Assembly (NCBI GenBank): GCA_964473175.1
Contig: CAYYNN010000001.1
Span: 408 to 64,407 of the forward strand
Reading direction: 5' to 3'
Source of the DNA: an uncultured Candidatus Saccharibacteria bacterium
GTDB lineage: Bacteria; Patescibacteriota; Minisyncoccia; Phycocordibacterales; UBA9973
Length of the DNA: 64,000 bases
The notes beneath the pieces were generated by a model. That model was not told where the DNA came from and did not search any database. It saw nothing but the letters and a program-made list of their open reading frames with translations. Of the stretch, positions 37,545 through 48,251 are shown piece by piece. The translations under genes were made by a program, and so were the position numbers. How positions within the stretch are numbered: position 1 is the first letter of the stretch; each line of letters opens with the position of its first letter.

Positions 37545-38951
37545 ATGAAGACATATTATCCAGTTATTGGCTTGGAAATACACGCTGAATTGGCAACAAA
37601 GTCCAAGATGTTTTGTGGATGCAAAAACGACCCCGACGAAGTGCATCCAAACGTCAACATTTGCCCGATATGTATGGCTCATCCTGGGACATTACCTGTG
37701 GCAAATAAGGCTGCGATAGAGAGTGTGATCAAGGTAGGCCTCGCGCTCGACTCGACCATTGCTGACTTCTCAGAATTTGACCGCAAGAACTACTTCTATC
37801 CCGACATCCCAAAGGGGTACCAGATCTCGCAGTACAAATACCCAATCGTATCTGGTGGCATGCTCAATGGTGTCGAGATTACGCGTATCCACCTCGAAGA
37901 AGACACGGGGATATCCAAGCACGACCGTGGAGACTTTACTCTAGTGGACTACAACCGAGCTGGGGTACCACTGATGGAGATGGTCACAGAGCCTGTGATA
38001 CACAGTGCCACTGACGCTGCCAACTTTGCTCGCGAACTCCAGCTATTGCTGCGCACACTCGGCGTATCCGAAGCTAACCTCGAGAAAGGGGAGATGCGTG
38101 TCGAGCCCAATATCTCGATCTCTGATGAACAAGGCAAATTTGGAACTAAAGTAGAAGTCAAGAACCTCAACTCATTCAAGAGTGTCGAAAAAGCGATCGA
38201 ATACGAACTCGCACGCATGCAAGCACTCTATGAAGCAGGGAGACAGGATGAAATAGTCCAAGAAACACGCGGATGGGACGAGAACAAGCAATCTACGTTT
38301 TCACAACGATCAAAAGAAAATGCGAACGACTACCGATACTTCCCAGATCCCGACTTGCCCAAGATGCAGTTACATCAAGCATTTGATCTCGCCACAATGA
38401 AAGGCGCGTTAGCAGAGCTACCGTGGGAGAAGCGCACACGATATACCACTATCTATGGGCTCAAGTCTCAAGATGCAGAAATACTCGTAGGAGATCATAC
38501 CCTTGCGACGTATTTTGAATCCATTATCCAAGGCAAAGACAAAGCATACGCGCAACTAACTGCCAACTATCTCATCTCTGATCTCCTCGGTCTCATGAAG
38601 AAAGATAGTGCAGCCAAGCTCCCGGACGCTGCGTACCTGACCGAGCTCATCGAGATGGTCACTGCGGGTGAAGTCACGTCTCGTGGCGCAAAGGATACTC
38701 TCGCACTCCTTGTGACCGCTCCAACTTCCCCGCGCAAGATCGCAACTGACCAAGGATTCCTCCAACAGAATGATCCCGAAGCCCTGAAGGAGATTGTGGC
38801 ACAAGTCATTGCAGAGAACGCAAAGATCGTCGCTGACTACAAAGCCGGCAAAGAAGCCGCAATCCAAGGCCTCGTCGGACAAGTGATGAAACTATCAAAA
38901 GGGTCTGCAAATCCGGCAGTGGCATTGCAATTGCTCAAAGAGATGGTATAG
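37545..38951 (+). CDS. gatB: Asp-tRNA(Asn)/Glu-tRNA(Gln) amidotransferase subunit B
   Basis: YYPVIGLEIHAEL, the FCGCKN Zn-finger-like motif and a C-terminal YqeY-like domain. Start trimmed to the MKTYYP Met. Confidence 0.9.
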   Translation: MKTYYPVIGLEIHAELATKSKMFCGCKNDPDEVHPNVNICPICMAHPGTLPVANKAAIESVIKVGLALDSTIADFSEFDRKNYFYPDIPKGYQISQYKYPIVSGGMLNGVEITRIHLEEDTGISKHDRGDFTLVDYNRAGVPLMEMVTEPVIHSATDAANFARELQLLLRTLGVSEANLEKGEMRVEPNISISDEQGKFGTKVEVKNLNSFKSVEKAIEYELARMQALYEAGRQDEIVQETRGWDENKQSTFSQRSKENANDYRYFPDPDLPKMQLHQAFDLATMKGALAELPWEKRTRYTTIYGLKSQDAEILVGDHTLATYFESIIQGKDKAYAQLTANYLISDLLGLMKKDSAAKLPDAAYLTELIEMVTAGEVTSRGAKDTLALLVTAPTSPRKIATDQGFLQQNDPEALKEIVAQVIAENAKIVADYKAGKEAAIQGLVGQVMKLSKGSANPAVALQLLKEMV

Positions 38952-39005
38952 TACGCACAGATTCACCAAATTTCATGTTGGTTGTTTTAAGGGTTAAAGA
39001 AAAAA

Positions 39006-39037
39006 GCACCGACTGTCTAGTCGGGGCTTTTATTTTT
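39006..39037 (+). terminator. rho-independent terminator after gatB
   Basis: gcaccgac-tgtcta-gtcggggc followed by tttatttttt. Confidence 0.6.
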
Positions 39038-39049
39038 TAGTATACTTAT

Positions 39050-42000
39050 ATGATGCGTACACTACACATCCGGCCTACTGCACGTATCAAAGCATTGGCA
39101 CAGGTATCTCGACTCATTGCAACAGCATTTCTCGCATTTTTAATTATCGGATTTACACAGACTGCTCATGCGGCGTTGACTGACAGTCTTGTCGGATTTT
39201 GGAACTTCAATGAAGAAAACGGTCTCCGAGCCGATACAGTAGGATCGAGCACGCTTACCGATATCAATGGGATGACTTCGACTGCGGGCAAAATGGACAA
39301 CGCAGCCGTACTCATCAGTCCAACATACCTCACCTCTCCTGATAGTGCGACACTCAGTACGGGTGATATTGACTTTACATTCGCGGGATGGATATACCTC
39401 AACTCAAAGACCCCGTTCCAAGGTATCGTCAGTAAATGGGATACGGCAACCACTCGAGAGTATTTAATAGCATATGACAACGCTGCGGACAGATTCATAT
39501 TTGATGTCAGCTCCAATGGGGTTGCACAGACTGTGATCAGCGGCACGAACTCTGGTGCGCTATCGACAGGGACTTATTATTTTGTGGTTGCATGGCATAA
39601 TTCTGTCAGCAACACTATCAATATTCAGGTCAATAACGGGACCGTAAATAGCACTGCTCATACTACAGGAGTCTATGATAGTCCTTCTGCGCTTGTCATC
39701 GGGCGATATCAGGGTGTTGGTTCATTCAACGGACGCATAGATGGATTGGGTATGTGGAAGCGAGTGTTGACTGCCCAAGAACGTACCGACCTCTACAACG
39801 CAGGTGCGGGACTGGATTACCCATTCATTACGACGACCCCAAGCGCCCCGACAGGGCTTACTGGTAAGTTTGTTTCATCTACGGATGCCAATCTCGCGTG
39901 GACCATTCCGTCATCGGGCAATTCCGTCATTACTGACTATGTGATCGAGTACAAACTCTCGAGTGATAGTACGTGGACGACCGCAAGTGATGGAGTCAGT
40001 GCTGTCCCGAGTGCAACTATTACGGGACTTACCAATGGCGTCAATTATGACTTCAGAGTATCGGGAGTTAATGCGATAGGTCAAGGTACTCCGAGCACCT
40101 CGACTATCATACGGAGTATTCTGCTCTACGATGAATTTGCTGGCACGACGATAGATACAACGAAATGGAACGAGATAGACTCTGAAGGCTCAGGAGGTAC
40201 AAGTGGCAAGGTGCAACAGAATGATACTCTCACCGTTGCAAACAGTAACGCATCGTCTGCTTGGGGACTCACTGCACTTGAATCTACTGCTATGTATTAT
40301 GCAGACGATTTGGAGATATCGGCAGTCATGACGCGCGGTTCAGACCAGCTCATCGTGTATGGAGATACGAGTTTCACCAGTCTCGGCACAAATGCGTACG
40401 TACTCGATCTCACCGCTACGAACGTCTTGGGGTTGGTATGGGGCAATGGCGCACTGCGCACCAGTGTTACCTGTGGCACGGTGACCAATGGTGCAACGTA
40501 CCGTATGAAGCTCACTGCTACGGGGTATCAAATATACAAAAACGACACCTTGGCGTGTACGGTGACCCCGAACGCAATTTATTTGGTTGATTACAAGCCG
40601 ATATCATTACAGTCCGCTACTACTGCAAGTACCTTTGACGATGTAACCGTTGTTGGTCCTGTACCCAATCCAGTAGCACCGGATGCCCCAATTATTGGTA
40701 CTGCAACTGCAGCGGACGGTGCAGCGATAGTTACCTTTTCTGCACCTGTTGATAATGGCAATTCTCCTATTACTTCATACACTGTTACGTCTACACCTGG
40801 CTCTGTGACTGCGACGGGGGCATCGTCACCTATTACCATAACGGGGCTCACCAATGGAGTAGAGTACACATTCACGGTGACAGCGACGAACATTGCGGGT
40901 ACGTCAGTAGCGTCGAGTGCGTCCAATGCAGTCACCCCAGTCGTTCCGCCAGCACCTGGACAAGTACTCGCGCTCACTGCTCAAGGTGTCAATCAACAAG
41001 CACTATTGAATTGGGATGCGTCTGTCACTGGAGGTGCAGCCAATGACTACATCGTTGAATATAAGCCAAGTGCGAGCGATACATGGCAAACCTTTGCTGA
41101 TGGTACCAATACACTCACAAAGGTCATAGTGGATGAACTTGAGAATGATCTCTCTTACGATTTCCGAGTGAGCGCAGTCAACAACGCAGGTACTGGTCAA
41201 GCGTCAGATACTGCGAGTGCTACTCCCGCTGCGATCGGAGCGCTCGCATTTGTATTCACTGGCGAGAGTAACTCTGGTGGTATCGGTCTCAACTCCGATG
41301 CGACTGCACCCGAACTCGCATCTCGTTCGTCTGTCCAGATCACCAACCTGACATCAGGAGCGTTTTTGTACGAAAATTTGGACATCGGTACCAACAACTT
41401 GCGCGATCATACTGGGCTCGAAGCGTATTATGCCAACTCACACGGCTTTGAATTGCAATTGGCAAATTCTACAGAAGCCAACGAATTCCCAGATCATTCG
41501 CAAGTCTATTTGACCAAGACTGGGCACGGTGGATCGGTTATCAGTCAGTGGAATGAGGGAGGCGCATACTGGACCAAGTTCTTGCAACGCACCACTGCCG
41601 CAAAGGCACAATTACCATCAGATCGACAGTGGGTAGTATGGCTGAGTCTCGGTATCAACGACGCAATTATTGCAACTCCTACATCTACCTGGAAGACCGC
41701 AATGGTCAGTCATATCAACAAGATCAAGGCGGACCTGCCCGGCACTATTATTATATTGACCCAGTTTCAATCAATGTCAGGAGGGTTGGGGTATCCCACG
41801 TTCAATGCCGTCATGGATGAGATCGCCGCAGAAGAAGCCAATGTCTATGTAGTGAGCTCAGCTGGTGCTGCGAGTCGTGACTCCAACCATTGGAGTTATA
41901 GCGGATTAAAGACCGTTGCATCACGCATGGTAGATATCACCAACAACACGCTCGGGCTAATCTATCCGGGTATGCCTACGAGTCTATCTGCAACTGCAGG

Positions 42001-42925
42001 TGTCGAAGAAGCAACACTCTCGTGGAATGCACCGATCGCTGATGGAGGTAATGCGATCAGTGATTACCGTATAGAGTACAAACTGAGCGCTGATGCTGGA
42101 TGGAACGTGTTTGCAGATGGGACTTCTACTGCGACATCCGCTACCGTCACTGGTCTCGATGGAGCCGCATACGATTTCCGAGTGAGTGCAGTCAGTAGCA
42201 GTGGTGTTGGTAATCCTTCCAACACTGCATCCGCGACACCGACCATTGCTCCTGATGTGACTGCACCACAGATATCTGCAGTTGACGCATCGATTTCTAA
42301 TACTTCAGCTATTATCACGTGGACTACTGACGAGCCGGCAGAATCTCTCGTAGAGTATGGCCTGACGACTTCGTATGGGCAGTCGAGTACAATCTCGAGT
42401 TCGCTTGTCACTTCTCATAGTGTGACACTGTCAGGATTATCTCCATCAACGCTTTATTATTATCGAGTGACGTCAGTTGATGATTCACTCAACTCTGCAA
42501 CGTCTACCATGGCGAGCTTCACAACCACTGCAACACCTTCGCCGACTCGTGTCACGACGACAGGGTACTATTCTCCAACAGTTGTATGTAAGCCTGGACA
42601 CCTCTTTAGTACGATCACAGGTCGTCCATGTACTGGCACTTCCATCCCTGTGTCTCCTATGCCGACGTCACCACGATACAACTTCAGCCGATCCCTCAGT
42701 ATAGGAATGACAGGTCCAGATGTTCGAGCATTGCAGATATTCCTCAACGCGCATGGCGCTCCAGTTGCTACTACCGGAGCAGGTTCACCGGGAGCCGAGA
42801 CCATGCTCTATGGATCTCTCACTCGTGCTGCAGTCGCAAAGTATCAAGCACTCAACAACATCAAACCCGCAGTTGGATTCTTTGGACCTATTACGAGGGC
42901 GTGGGTCAATACACACCAGCAATAG
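39050..42925 (+). CDS. giant secreted multidomain protein (1291 aa): LamG/ConA-like, multiple FN3, SGNH/DUF303-like esterase, C-terminal PG_binding_1
   Basis: Signal peptide. LamG-like N-terminus. At least four FN3 repeats (DYVIEYK...DFRVSAVN recurring). GESNSGG and GINDA SGNH-like motifs. C-terminal peptidoglycan-binding repeat (MTGPDVRALQIFLN ... TRAAVAKYQ). Confidence 0.7.
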   Translation: MMRTLHIRPTARIKALAQVSRLIATAFLAFLIIGFTQTAHAALTDSLVGFWNFNEENGLRADTVGSSTLTDINGMTSTAGKMDNAAVLISPTYLTSPDSATLSTGDIDFTFAGWIYLNSKTPFQGIVSKWDTATTREYLIAYDNAADRFIFDVSSNGVAQTVISGTNSGALSTGTYYFVVAWHNSVSNTINIQVNNGTVNSTAHTTGVYDSPSALVIGRYQGVGSFNGRIDGLGMWKRVLTAQERTDLYNAGAGLDYPFITTTPSAPTGLTGKFVSSTDANLAWTIPSSGNSVITDYVIEYKLSSDSTWTTASDGVSAVPSATITGLTNGVNYDFRVSGVNAIGQGTPSTSTIIRSILLYDEFAGTTIDTTKWNEIDSEGSGGTSGKVQQNDTLTVANSNASSAWGLTALESTAMYYADDLEISAVMTRGSDQLIVYGDTSFTSLGTNAYVLDLTATNVLGLVWGNGALRTSVTCGTVTNGATYRMKLTATGYQIYKNDTLACTVTPNAIYLVDYKPISLQSATTASTFDDVTVVGPVPNPVAPDAPIIGTATAADGAAIVTFSAPVDNGNSPITSYTVTSTPGSVTATGASSPITITGLTNGVEYTFTVTATNIAGTSVASSASNAVTPVVPPAPGQVLALTAQGVNQQALLNWDASVTGGAANDYIVEYKPSASDTWQTFADGTNTLTKVIVDELENDLSYDFRVSAVNNAGTGQASDTASATPAAIGALAFVFTGESNSGGIGLNSDATAPELASRSSVQITNLTSGAFLYENLDIGTNNLRDHTGLEAYYANSHGFELQLANSTEANEFPDHSQVYLTKTGHGGSVISQWNEGGAYWTKFLQRTTAAKAQLPSDRQWVVWLSLGINDAIIATPTSTWKTAMVSHINKIKADLPGTIIILTQFQSMSGGLGYPTFNAVMDEIAAEEANVYVVSSAGAASRDSNHWSYSGLKTVASRMVDITNNTLGLIYPGMPTSLSATAGVEEATLSWNAPIADGGNAISDYRIEYKLSADAGWNVFADGTSTATSATVTGLDGAAYDFRVSAVSSSGVGNPSNTASATPTIAPDVTAPQISAVDASISNTSAIITWTTDEPAESLVEYGLTTSYGQSSTISSSLVTSHSVTLSGLSPSTLYYYRVTSVDDSLNSATSTMASFTTTATPSPTRVTTTGYYSPTVVCKPGHLFSTITGRPCTGTSIPVSPMPTSPRYNFSRSLSIGMTGPDVRALQIFLNAHGAPVATTGAGSPGAETMLYGSLTRAAVAKYQALNNIKPAVGFFGPITRAWVNTHQQ

Positions 42926-42943
42926 TTTGGTATACTGGGCCCT

Positions 42944-43981
42944 ATGGATACAACAACACAAGTGACAATCAAAGTAGCTATCAATGGATTTGGCCGCATT
43001 GGACGAGCATTCCTCAAGGTAGCATGGATGCGACCCGAGATCGAGATCGTCGCAGTCAATGACCTCGGCAGTATCGAAAGCCTCGCGTACCTCCTCCGAC
43101 ACGATACGGTCTATCGAGACTGGGGACACGATGTAGTTGTATCTGGCACCGACCTCACTATCGACGGCAAACAGATAAAGTTTATATCCGAGAAAGACAC
43201 GACGAAGCTTCCATGGAAGGATCTCGGAATAGACGTCGTCGTCGAGTCCACTGGACTCTTTACTGCATACGAGAAGGCAAAGTTCCATCTCGATCAAGGT
43301 GCAAAGAAAGTAGTGATCTCTGCACCATCCAAAGGCGATGGATCTTTTCCAGGAGAAACAATATTGCTCGGCGTGAATGAAGAAAAGTTTGGTACGTGCG
43401 ATATCACAAGTAATGCATCATGCACAACAAACGCATCTTCTCCATTGATCGGTATTTTGAATGAAGCCTTCGGTATCGAAAAGGCGATCCTCAACACCGT
43501 CCACGGCTATACTGCATCACAGTCTCTCGTGGATGGTCCGAGTAAGAAAGATTTGCGTGAAGGTCGCGCTGCTGCACAAAACATTGTGCCATCATCTACT
43601 GGTGCAGCTATTGCGGTGACCTTGGCCTATCCAGAACTCAAAGGACTCTTTGACGGTATTTCTATCAGAGTACCAGTACCAGCAGGATCTATTGTCGATG
43701 TGACATTCATTTCAAAGAAAGATACAACTGCCGCAGAGGTAAATGATATTCTCACCAAGGCTGCATCTGACCCACGTTGGGCGGGAGTATTCACCGTAAC
43801 AAACGAACCGCTCGTCTCAAGTGATATCCTCGGCAACCGCCACGCCTCTATCGCAGATCTCGAAATGACTCGTGTCGTCGGCGGCAACCTTGTGAAGGTC
43901 ATGGGGTGGTACGACAACGAAATGGGGTATACGTATACACTTGTGGATCATGTGATCAAGACAGGGGAGACGATTAAATAA
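42944..43981 (+). CDS. gap: Glyceraldehyde-3-phosphate dehydrogenase (type I)
   Basis: NGFGRIGR NAD-binding motif and the ASCTTN catalytic Cys motif. Confidence 0.95.
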   Translation: MDTTTQVTIKVAINGFGRIGRAFLKVAWMRPEIEIVAVNDLGSIESLAYLLRHDTVYRDWGHDVVVSGTDLTIDGKQIKFISEKDTTKLPWKDLGIDVVVESTGLFTAYEKAKFHLDQGAKKVVISAPSKGDGSFPGETILLGVNEEKFGTCDITSNASCTTNASSPLIGILNEAFGIEKAILNTVHGYTASQSLVDGPSKKDLREGRAAAQNIVPSSTGAAIAVTLAYPELKGLFDGISIRVPVPAGSIVDVTFISKKDTTAAEVNDILTKAASDPRWAGVFTVTNEPLVSSDILGNRHASIADLEMTRVVGGNLVKVMGWYDNEMGYTYTLVDHVIKTGETIK

Positions 43982-43986
43982 TAATA

Positions 43987-44424
43987 ATGGAATCTGAGCA
44001 ATTTTTATTTAATAGACACGAAAATGCAGAACGGGAAATTCCTGATGAACTTAAAAATGCGCTTTCATACCTCAATAAAAACGGTGATTTTATAAAATTA
44101 AGAACATTTCTAAAAAACCAAGGGGTACAAGAGTCATATACTATAGATCAGGTAACGGAACATCGATTGGAAAAAGGTGTGAACCTCTGTCTTAGTGGAA
44201 TAAACAGTAGCGTTATGAAAAATAACATCAAAGGATTGGACATTGGGTTTTCTCAGTTGCGAGTATTGAAAGATACTGGCCTTTTGTCTGAAACTATTTT
44301 TCAAAAGGGATTTAAAAAATTTATTGATATTTTGAAATCAGAAGAGGGTATGGTGTTCACATCAGAACAATATGACACTATTCAGGAAAAAATGAAGGAA
44401 TATTTAGATTGGTGTATAGTATAG
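43987..44424 (+). CDS. hypothetical protein (145 aa)
   Basis: ORF in an operon-like array between gap and rpiB. No motif. Confidence 0.4.
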   Translation: MESEQFLFNRHENAEREIPDELKNALSYLNKNGDFIKLRTFLKNQGVQESYTIDQVTEHRLEKGVNLCLSGINSSVMKNNIKGLDIGFSQLRVLKDTGLLSETIFQKGFKKFIDILKSEEGMVFTSEQYDTIQEKMKEYLDWCIV

Positions 44425-44440
44425 ATACTTCAAAAAATCT

Positions 44441-44881
44441 ATGAAAATCCATCTCGCCACAGACCACACAGGTATTGCACACAAAGAGTTGCTCAAGGAG
44501 TTTTTGAGTGCGCAGGAGGGCATAGAAGTCGTCGATCATGGTGCGGTAGTTTTGGATCCTACCGATGACTATCCAGACTTTATATTGCCATGCGCGCAAG
44601 CTGTGGCAGCTGATCCGGACGATAGTATGGGAGTGATATTTGGCGGGTCAGGACAAGGCGAGGCAATGTGTGCGAACCGTATTGCAGGAATACGTGCATG
44701 TGTGTACTATGGTGGACCATCAGAGATAGTGACATTGCCGCGTGAGCACAATGCGTCAAACGTCCTCTCTATCGGTGCACGGTTTGTGACACCAGAGATA
44801 GCGCTCGATGCAGCAAAACTCTGGCTCGTGACGCCGTTTTCTGGAGACGAACGACACATACGACGTATTGCAAAATTTTAA
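44441..44881 (+). CDS. rpiB: Ribose-5-phosphate isomerase B (RpiB/LacAB family)
   Basis: MKIHLATDHTG N-terminus and the GGSGQGEAMCANR catalytic region. Confidence 0.85.
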   Translation: MKIHLATDHTGIAHKELLKEFLSAQEGIEVVDHGAVVLDPTDDYPDFILPCAQAVAADPDDSMGVIFGGSGQGEAMCANRIAGIRACVYYGGPSEIVTLPREHNASNVLSIGARFVTPEIALDAAKLWLVTPFSGDERHIRRIAKF

Positions 44882-44893
44882 TACTTACAATCT

Positions 44894-45607
44894 ATGAAAA
44901 TAATCCCCGCCATACTTCCACTTCGCTACTACGATATTCCAAACGGGATCGAGAAACTCGGAGGAGCAGTTGATACGGTACAAATTGATTTTGTTGACGG
45001 GAACTTTGCGACACAACGCACGTGGTGGTTCAATAACAAAAACGCCGACAAGCTCGCAGAACTTCTCGAACAAAAAGAAGGTCTTCCTGAATGGGAGTCC
45101 ATGAACTATGAATTTGATCTGATGATCAAAGATCCATTTGAATATATGGATATATTTTTAGCACTTGGTCCATCCAAAATAATTTTCCATGTTGAAGCCG
45201 TTGATCAAGAAAAAATGATCACGTATTTTGAAACGTTGCCAGTTATTATCAAAGATCTCATGACGTTTGGGATGGCCATCGGCATTGATACTGATCCGGA
45301 ACTCGTGCGACCGTACCTCGACCATATCGACACAGTACAATGTATGGGTATTGCAAACGTTGGATTTCAAGGACAACCCTTTGATATGCGAGCTATTGAG
45401 CAAGTGAAGAAAGCAAAAGAACTTTTCCCAGACAAAACGATATCAGTGGATGGTGGTGTTACGCGTGAAAGTGCAGCGTTACTCGCAGTGGCAGGAGCAC
45501 AGACGTTGGTTGTAGGTTCGACGGTGTTTCAATCCAATGACATACACGGTACAATAAAGGAACTCAAATCCATATGTCATCTGGCGACTTCACCACAAGA
45601 GAATTAG
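44894..45607 (+). CDS. ribulose-phosphate 3-epimerase-like TIM-barrel protein (divergent)
   Basis: IDFVDGNF resembles the IDxMDGHF motif of Rpe. Located between rpiB and the transketolase genes. Divergent, so the call is tentative. Confidence 0.5.
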   Translation: MKIIPAILPLRYYDIPNGIEKLGGAVDTVQIDFVDGNFATQRTWWFNNKNADKLAELLEQKEGLPEWESMNYEFDLMIKDPFEYMDIFLALGPSKIIFHVEAVDQEKMITYFETLPVIIKDLMTFGMAIGIDTDPELVRPYLDHIDTVQCMGIANVGFQGQPFDMRAIEQVKKAKELFPDKTISVDGGVTRESAALLAVAGAQTLVVGSTVFQSNDIHGTIKELKSICHLATSPQEN

Positions 45608-46440
45608 AAATCAAAGCAAACGATATTCGTGAGTCTATCATTGCGATGCTTTTGGAAGCGGGCAGTGGTCATACTGCGGGACCACTCGGTATGGCAGATG
45701 TGTTCACTGCGCTGTACTTTGAATTGCTTCGACACAAGCCCGAAGATCCAACATGGAAAGATCGCGATAGGCTTGTGCTTTCAAATGGGCATATCAACCC
45801 TGTATTGTACGCAGCGATGGCGCACGCAGGATATTTCCCATTAGACGAACTTATGACGCTACGTAAGTTTGGTTCACGCCTCCAAGGACATCCGCATCGT
45901 GAATGGTTGCCAATGCTCGAAAACTCTTCTGGACCTTTGGGGTCAGGCCTCTCGCAAGCTGTCGGCATGGCCATAGCAGACCGTATGGATTTTGGTATTA
46001 CCTCATCCAAATACATGTATTGCTTGTTAGGGGATGGTGAACTCAACGAAGGCAACAATTGGGAAGCAGTCATGCTTGCAGGCAAAGAAAAACTGCGCAA
46101 TCTCATCGCAATCGTCGATCGCAACAACATACAGATCGATGGCTATACCGAAGACGTCATGCCGCTCGATAGTCTGATAGCAAAATGGGAAGCATTCAAC
46201 TGGCATGTGCAGGAAATAGATGGCAACAACATGCATGCCATCATAGATGCAGTGAACAAAGCGAAGTCAGTATTTGAAAAGCCATCAGTCATCATCGCGC
46301 GCACTATCCCTGGTAAAGGTGTGCGAGAATTCGAACGTAAGTTTGAGTGGCATGGCAAGGCACCAAATAAAGAAGAGGCAAATATGGCACTGGATGAATT
46401 GCGGACGTTGGGAGGGAAGATTAAGAGTGAGCATACATAA
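45574..46440 (+). CDS. Transketolase, N-terminal (TPP-binding) subunit
   Basis: GHTAGPLGMADV, the GDGELNEG TPP motif, and 288 aa length typical of a split tkt. Confidence 0.9.
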   Translation: MSSGDFTTRELEIKANDIRESIIAMLLEAGSGHTAGPLGMADVFTALYFELLRHKPEDPTWKDRDRLVLSNGHINPVLYAAMAHAGYFPLDELMTLRKFGSRLQGHPHREWLPMLENSSGPLGSGLSQAVGMAIADRMDFGITSSKYMYCLLGDGELNEGNNWEAVMLAGKEKLRNLIAIVDRNNIQIDGYTEDVMPLDSLIAKWEAFNWHVQEIDGNNMHAIIDAVNKAKSVFEKPSVIIARTIPGKGVREFERKFEWHGKAPNKEEANMALDELRTLGGKIKSEHT

Positions 46441-46495
46441 TAAAAATATAGTTCCCAGATTTACATTTATTTCTGAGGGGGTGTAGAATAGAGGT

Positions 46496-46780
46496 ATGAA
46501 AAAAGAGATTATAAAACAACCAAAGTCTCTCGAAGGCAAAATAGATGATTTGGCACTGGTCGTAGACAACCTAGCTATTGCGATGGCAAATGGTTTTTCG
46601 TCACTAAAAACTTCATTTGAATCATCATTGCGACAAGAAATTGATTCTGTAAAGACAATATTGGCTACCAAAGCCGATAGATCAGATATTCTCGCATTCC
46701 ACGACAAATTTCCATCCAATGAAAAGTTCGATAAGCTCTCAGTTCGCGTGTCAGCATTAGAAGTAAAAAAGAATCGATAG
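46496..46780 (+). CDS. small coiled-coil hypothetical protein inserted between the transketolase halves
   Basis: 94-aa ORF with its own upstream spacer. No motif. Confidence 0.35.
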   Translation: MKKEIIKQPKSLEGKIDDLALVVDNLAIAMANGFSSLKTSFESSLRQEIDSVKTILATKADRSDILAFHDKFPSNEKFDKLSVRVSALEVKKNR

Positions 46781-46782
46781 TT

Positions 46783-47778
46783 GTGCTCAATCCTAACCTC
46801 AAACTCAATATAAAAATATTCAACGACGATGTTGAACAAGTGCCTATCCGCAAAGGGTTTGGGGAAGGGCTTGTTGCTGCAGCAGAAAAAGATGGGCGCA
46901 TAGTGGCATTGTGTGCAGACCTGACTGAGAGTACACAGATGCATTTCTTCAAAGATAAGTTCCCAGAACGGTTTGTGGAGATAGGTGTTGCCGAACAAAA
47001 CCTTGCTACGGTTGCATCAGGTATGAGTGCGATGGGCAAGTATCCATTCTTTTCTTCGTATGCAATGTTTAGTCCTGGTCGCAACTGGGAACAGATACGA
47101 ACTACTATTTGTTATAACGACCGTCCTGCAGTTGTTGTTGGCTCACATGCTGGTATCTCAGTGGGTCCAGACGGTGGTACTCACCAAGCCATCGAAGATA
47201 TTGCACTGATGCGTGTACTACCTCGAATGACCGTGATATCACCCTGTGATGCGATACAAGCGCGCCGTGCAACACTTGCGCTCGGTGCCAAGCCTCGCAT
47301 CGCATACTTGCGCCTCGCACGAGAAAAGACTCCGATCATTACGACAGAGGAGACTCCATTTGAAATTGGAAAAGGACAAGTACTCTATCGTCCTGAAGGT
47401 ATCGCTCACGTGACTATCGTAGCCACAGGTGGGCTTGTTGCGAATGCATTGCGAGTTGCCAAAGACCTATCAGAAAAACACATCAAAGTACTTGTGATAA
47501 ACATTCACACGATCAAACCGATAGATGTCGACTTACTCATTGCATCTGCCAAAGAAACAAAAGGTATTGTTACCGTAGAAGAACACCAAATCGCTGGAGG
47601 ACTCGGGAGTGCTGTTGCAGAAGTGTTGGCACAAGCGTTCCCTGTACCTATAGAGTTCATTGGAGTACGAGATCAGTATGGTCAATCAGGTACACCCAAC
47701 CAACTCATCGAGCACTATGGCATGGGACGAGATGCAATCACAGCTGCCGTGATGAAAGTAATGGAGCGGAAAGGTTAG
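46783..47778 (+). CDS. Transketolase, C-terminal (pyrimidine-binding) subunit; GTG start
   Basis: FVEIGVAEQNLATVASGMS and the C-terminal transketolase domain. Confidence 0.9.
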   Translation: MLNPNLKLNIKIFNDDVEQVPIRKGFGEGLVAAAEKDGRIVALCADLTESTQMHFFKDKFPERFVEIGVAEQNLATVASGMSAMGKYPFFSSYAMFSPGRNWEQIRTTICYNDRPAVVVGSHAGISVGPDGGTHQAIEDIALMRVLPRMTVISPCDAIQARRATLALGAKPRIAYLRLAREKTPIITTEETPFEIGKGQVLYRPEGIAHVTIVATGGLVANALRVAKDLSEKHIKVLVINIHTIKPIDVDLLIASAKETKGIVTVEEHQIAGGLGSAVAEVLAQAFPVPIEFIGVRDQYGQSGTPNQLIEHYGMGRDAITAAVMKVMERKG

Positions 47779-48239
47779 TTCTGGGAAGGATTTTGTTCTG
47801 CAATGATTTTGACTTTTGCATACGTATGCAATTTTTCTAGGAGACCACCTATTGTTTCTTTTGCTTCTTCGAGTATTTCTTCAGGAATATTGCCGGCTTC
47901 AAACATATTAATCTTTCGTTCGTACTCTTGGAGATCACGTATTTTTTGCTGTATAAGAAGCGGTTGTGCTGGTCGAGTGGTCTCTAGGTCCGAGAGTTCT
48001 GCAGCAATTTCTGGAATCTTATCTTTTGCCTCTAAGTACCTATTGATACGAGCAGTGATTGAATATAAACGAGAAATTTCTGTTTGATAGAAGTTAAGGA
48101 TTGATTCAGCAGTAAAATGAGTAGGGTCTTTTTTTATTTCTTCAGAATATTTTTCTGAAGTAATAATTCCTTTTTCAAAATCTGTAACTTCAGGTTTTAT
48201 TTCTTTTGAGGAGATACTATCTTTGTTAAATTTTTCCAT
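47775..48239 (-). CDS. hypothetical coiled-coil protein (154 aa)
   Basis: ORF only. Charged, heptad-like sequence. Confidence 0.4.
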   Translation of the reverse strand: MEKFNKDSISSKEIKPEVTDFEKGIITSEKYSEEIKKDPTHFTAESILNFYQTEISRLYSITARINRYLEAKDKIPEIAAELSDLETTRPAQPLLIQQKIRDLQEYERKINMFEAGNIPEEILEEAKETIGGLLEKLHTYAKVKIIAEQNPSQN

Positions 48240-48251
48240 AATTTTTTTTAA

